From an uncultured Lachnoclostridium sp. (lineage in GTDB: Bacteria; Bacillota; Clostridia; Lachnospirales; Lachnospiraceae), in assembly GCA_947305875.1 (NCBI GenBank), contig CAMZEW010000001.1, positions 1-44,976 on the forward strand: 44,976 bases of DNA. The letters run 5' to 3'. Shown in pieces: positions 43,187 to 44,976 of the stretch (the stretch's first letter is position 1; the number at the start of each line of letters is the position of its first letter). The notes beneath the pieces are model-generated. The model had not been told where the DNA came from and searched no databases. It saw only the letters and a program-made list of their open reading frames with translations. A program made the translations under genes and the position numbers.

Positions 43187-44710
43187 ATGATTAACATGAG
43201 AAAGAATGTCCAAAACCGAATCGCGAGCATCCTGATTGCGGTCCTCCTCCTGATTACGGAGGCGGGCGGCAGCTTCTTTGCGTGCTTCCGCGGAGCCGCC
43301 GCGGAGGAGGGTGAGGAAGAGAAGCCGATTCCGACGATTGAAGCGATTCTTAAGGGCGGGCCCGCCGTCAGCGCGAAGGCGGGAATCGTTATGGAAGTCC
43401 GCTCGGGCGCCATTCTTTTTGCGAAAAATGCGACGGAATCCCTTCCGCCGATCAGCCTGACGAAGCTTATGACCGCGCTTCTTGTTCTTGAAGAAGCGAA
43501 CATGACCGATACGGTCAAGTGCTCGTATGCGTCGATTAACGGAATCGGAAGCAAAGTGACGCGAGTCGGTCTTGTCGCAGACGAACGCCTTGCGGTCGAA
43601 GACATGCTGTACGCCTGTCTCGTTGCGTCGGCCGACGAAGCAACATATGCGCTCGGCGAGCACACTGGCGGAAGCATGCGGAAGTTTTTGAAAATGATGA
43701 ACGCCCGGATGGAGCAGCTCGGCGGCGTGAATACGACATTTAACAGTGCGACCGGAACCGGCGGAACGACCCAGACCAGTTGCGCTTACGATATTGCGCT
43801 GATTGCGAGCAGGCTCGGCATGCGGAATGATTTCCTGCAGATTGCCGGCGTCAAATGGTATCAGATTCCCCAGACGAACCTGAAGGAATCGCGTACCATC
43901 GCGCAGACGCACAAATTCATCCGGCAGACCTTGAAATACGATTTTGCGATAGCGGGCAAGTCGGGCGGAGCAGCACCCGACGGGACCTACAATCTCTGCA
44001 CCTACGCGGAGCGCGACGGCATGCGGCTCGTCGCCATCGTGATGGGAAGCGCCTCCGACGAGGCGTCCTACGATGACTCCGTAACGATGCTTAATTATGC
44101 TTTTGAGAACTACAAATGCTACACGATGCGCGCCTTAGAGCGCACGATCGACCCGGATTACGCGGGCTTCTTCAGCGAATGCCAGATGTTTACGGGCAAG
44201 GAACATGACACGCTTTCGATTGACCCCGCCGCGACCGTTGTGGTGCCGCACGGAGCCGACCTGACGAAGATCAGTAAGAAGGTCGAGTATATTGTTCCTG
44301 AGGATTATGTCCACGGGGAGAATGTAATCGGGCGGCTCGAGTTCTTCTATGAGGATGCCGCAATCGGCACGACGGACATCATCTTCTACAACGAGGAGTA
44401 TCCGCTTTCCCAGAAGGATTTCAACGCGATGTGGCCGAAGTTCCTGCTGTCACCGTCGCTTCTTGAATCGGTGGGCGGACCGGGAACCGCGACTGTTGTC
44501 AAACTGACCGGAACGAAGAAGGCTACGCCGACGCCGACGCCGCTTCCGAAGAGCGTAATACGCTGGGAAGGTACGTCGAAACAGGCGGCCGCGACTAGAG
44601 CGGGAGTCATATTCGGGGCAATCTTCATCGGACTGATTGTCCTTGTCTATATTGTCGTCCCGATGATTGTGATGCGGCGTGCGCCGAAGAGTAAAGTGAG
44701 AAGAAGATAA
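43187..44710 (+). CDS. Serine-type D-Ala-D-Ala carboxypeptidase (peptidase S11, PBP5-like) with an N-terminal signal/anchor and a C-terminal TM anchor
   Basis: SxxK motif as ISLTKLMT, KSG triad as AGKSGG, a PBP5_C-like region, a Pro/Thr linker, and TM segment IFGAIFIGLIVLVYIVVPMIV. The ATG lies 4 nt after the RT stop. Confidence 0.82.
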   Translation: MINMRKNVQNRIASILIAVLLLITEAGGSFFACFRGAAAEEGEEEKPIPTIEAILKGGPAVSAKAGIVMEVRSGAILFAKNATESLPPISLTKLMTALLVLEEANMTDTVKCSYASINGIGSKVTRVGLVADERLAVEDMLYACLVASADEATYALGEHTGGSMRKFLKMMNARMEQLGGVNTTFNSATGTGGTTQTSCAYDIALIASRLGMRNDFLQIAGVKWYQIPQTNLKESRTIAQTHKFIRQTLKYDFAIAGKSGGAAPDGTYNLCTYAERDGMRLVAIVMGSASDEASYDDSVTMLNYAFENYKCYTMRALERTIDPDYAGFFSECQMFTGKEHDTLSIDPAATVVVPHGADLTKISKKVEYIVPEDYVHGENVIGRLEFFYEDAAIGTTDIIFYNEEYPLSQKDFNAMWPKFLLSPSLLESVGGPGTATVVKLTGTKKATPTPTPLPKSVIRWEGTSKQAAATRAGVIFGAIFIGLIVLVYIVVPMIVMRRAPKSKVRRR

Positions 44711-44713
44711 GAA

Positions 44714-44745
44714 AAACGGCGGGGAGTGATTCCCCGCCGTTCCTG
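44714..44745. terminator. Rho-independent terminator between the convergent PBP and araD genes
   Basis: AACGGCGGGGA-gtgat-TCCCCGCCGTT followed by a T-rich tract. Confidence 0.75.
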
Positions 44746-44976
44746 TTTAATTCTGTCCGTAATAGGCGTTCTTTCCGTGTTTTCTTAAGTAGTGCTTATC
44801 GAGCAGCGCCTGCTGCATGCAGGGCGTGTCGCCGACGAGCAGCGCACTGTTCAGCGCCATGAACGCGACCTCCTCGAGAACGACCGCATTGTGGACGGCT
44901 TCGGCCGCGTCCTTGCCCCAGGTGAACGGACCGTGGGAGCGGACCAGGACAGCCGGGATGTCCGGCGGATTGATGC
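44746..44976 (-). CDS. araD: L-ribulose-5-phosphate 4-epimerase (class II aldolase family), C-terminal fragment
   Basis: The reverse-strand translation ends ...[28 protein letters not shown]...[22 protein letters not shown]. This closely follows the AraD C-terminus. Confidence 0.85.

Noticed and set aside
41765-43200. The RT as a group II intron maturase or as a retron.
   Set aside because: About 200 nt upstream and 4 nt downstream of non-coding sequence cannot hold ribozyme domains I-VI, and no domain V-like hairpin follows the ORF. Motif 7 reads FLG rather than the retron VTG. I see no a1/a2 inverted repeats flanking an msr/msd-like region.
42559-43912. Antisense ORFs of 372 aa and 265 aa opposite the RT and PBP genes.
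   Set aside because: They are Arg/Ala-rich shadows with no motifs. The sense-strand genes have clear catalytic signatures.

Overview
This is a chromosomal window from a Bacillota (Clostridia-like) genome of moderately high GC, read outward from the replication origin. Most genes lie on the + strand.

Layout:
- 1-9.2 kb: the classic origin-proximal block rnpA(partial)-yidD-yidC-jag-mnmE-mnmG-rsmG-[parS]-parA-parB(with an internal parS)-DUF4446.
- 9.3-12.1 kb: a DUF3881-like gene, tRNA-Arg(CCT), degV on the minus strand, and an XRE regulator.
- 12.3-20.3 kb: a tightly coupled nine-gene aromatic amino acid supraoperon, aroF-tyrA-aroB-aroA-aroC-pheA-aroE/aroK-aroQ.
- 20.4-38.4 kb: an accessory mix.
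  - Envelope and uncharacterised genes: an LPG-synthase-like membrane protein, a Pro-rich anchored protein, MscS, DUF3795, a phosphodiester glycosidase, a PNPOx-like protein and a DMT transporter.
  - Glycan-utilisation genes: a CE15 glucuronoyl esterase and a GH43.
  - Signalling and metal genes: a UBA-like membrane protein with an OmpR/HK pair, GT2-CDF, and CopA with a fused CopZ-like tail.
- 38.5-44.7 kb: the most interesting locus. One promoter-to-terminator unit encodes four products:
  - an 885-aa protein with a histone-H1-like Lys/Ala repeat, Pro/Ala repeats and a coiled coil;
  - a 173-aa unknown protein;
  - a roughly 200-nt structured leader;
  - a stand-alone reverse transcriptase (YSDD) whose stop lies 4 nt from a D-Ala-D-Ala carboxypeptidase.
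- The window ends in a partial araD on the minus strand.

By visible criteria the RT is not a group II intron, a retron or a DGR. It is the best candidate for an undescribed RT/ncRNA-based system, possibly a defence system. I saw no CRISPR array, rRNA, transposase or integrase. All family assignments come from motif recognition by eye, and no searches were run.
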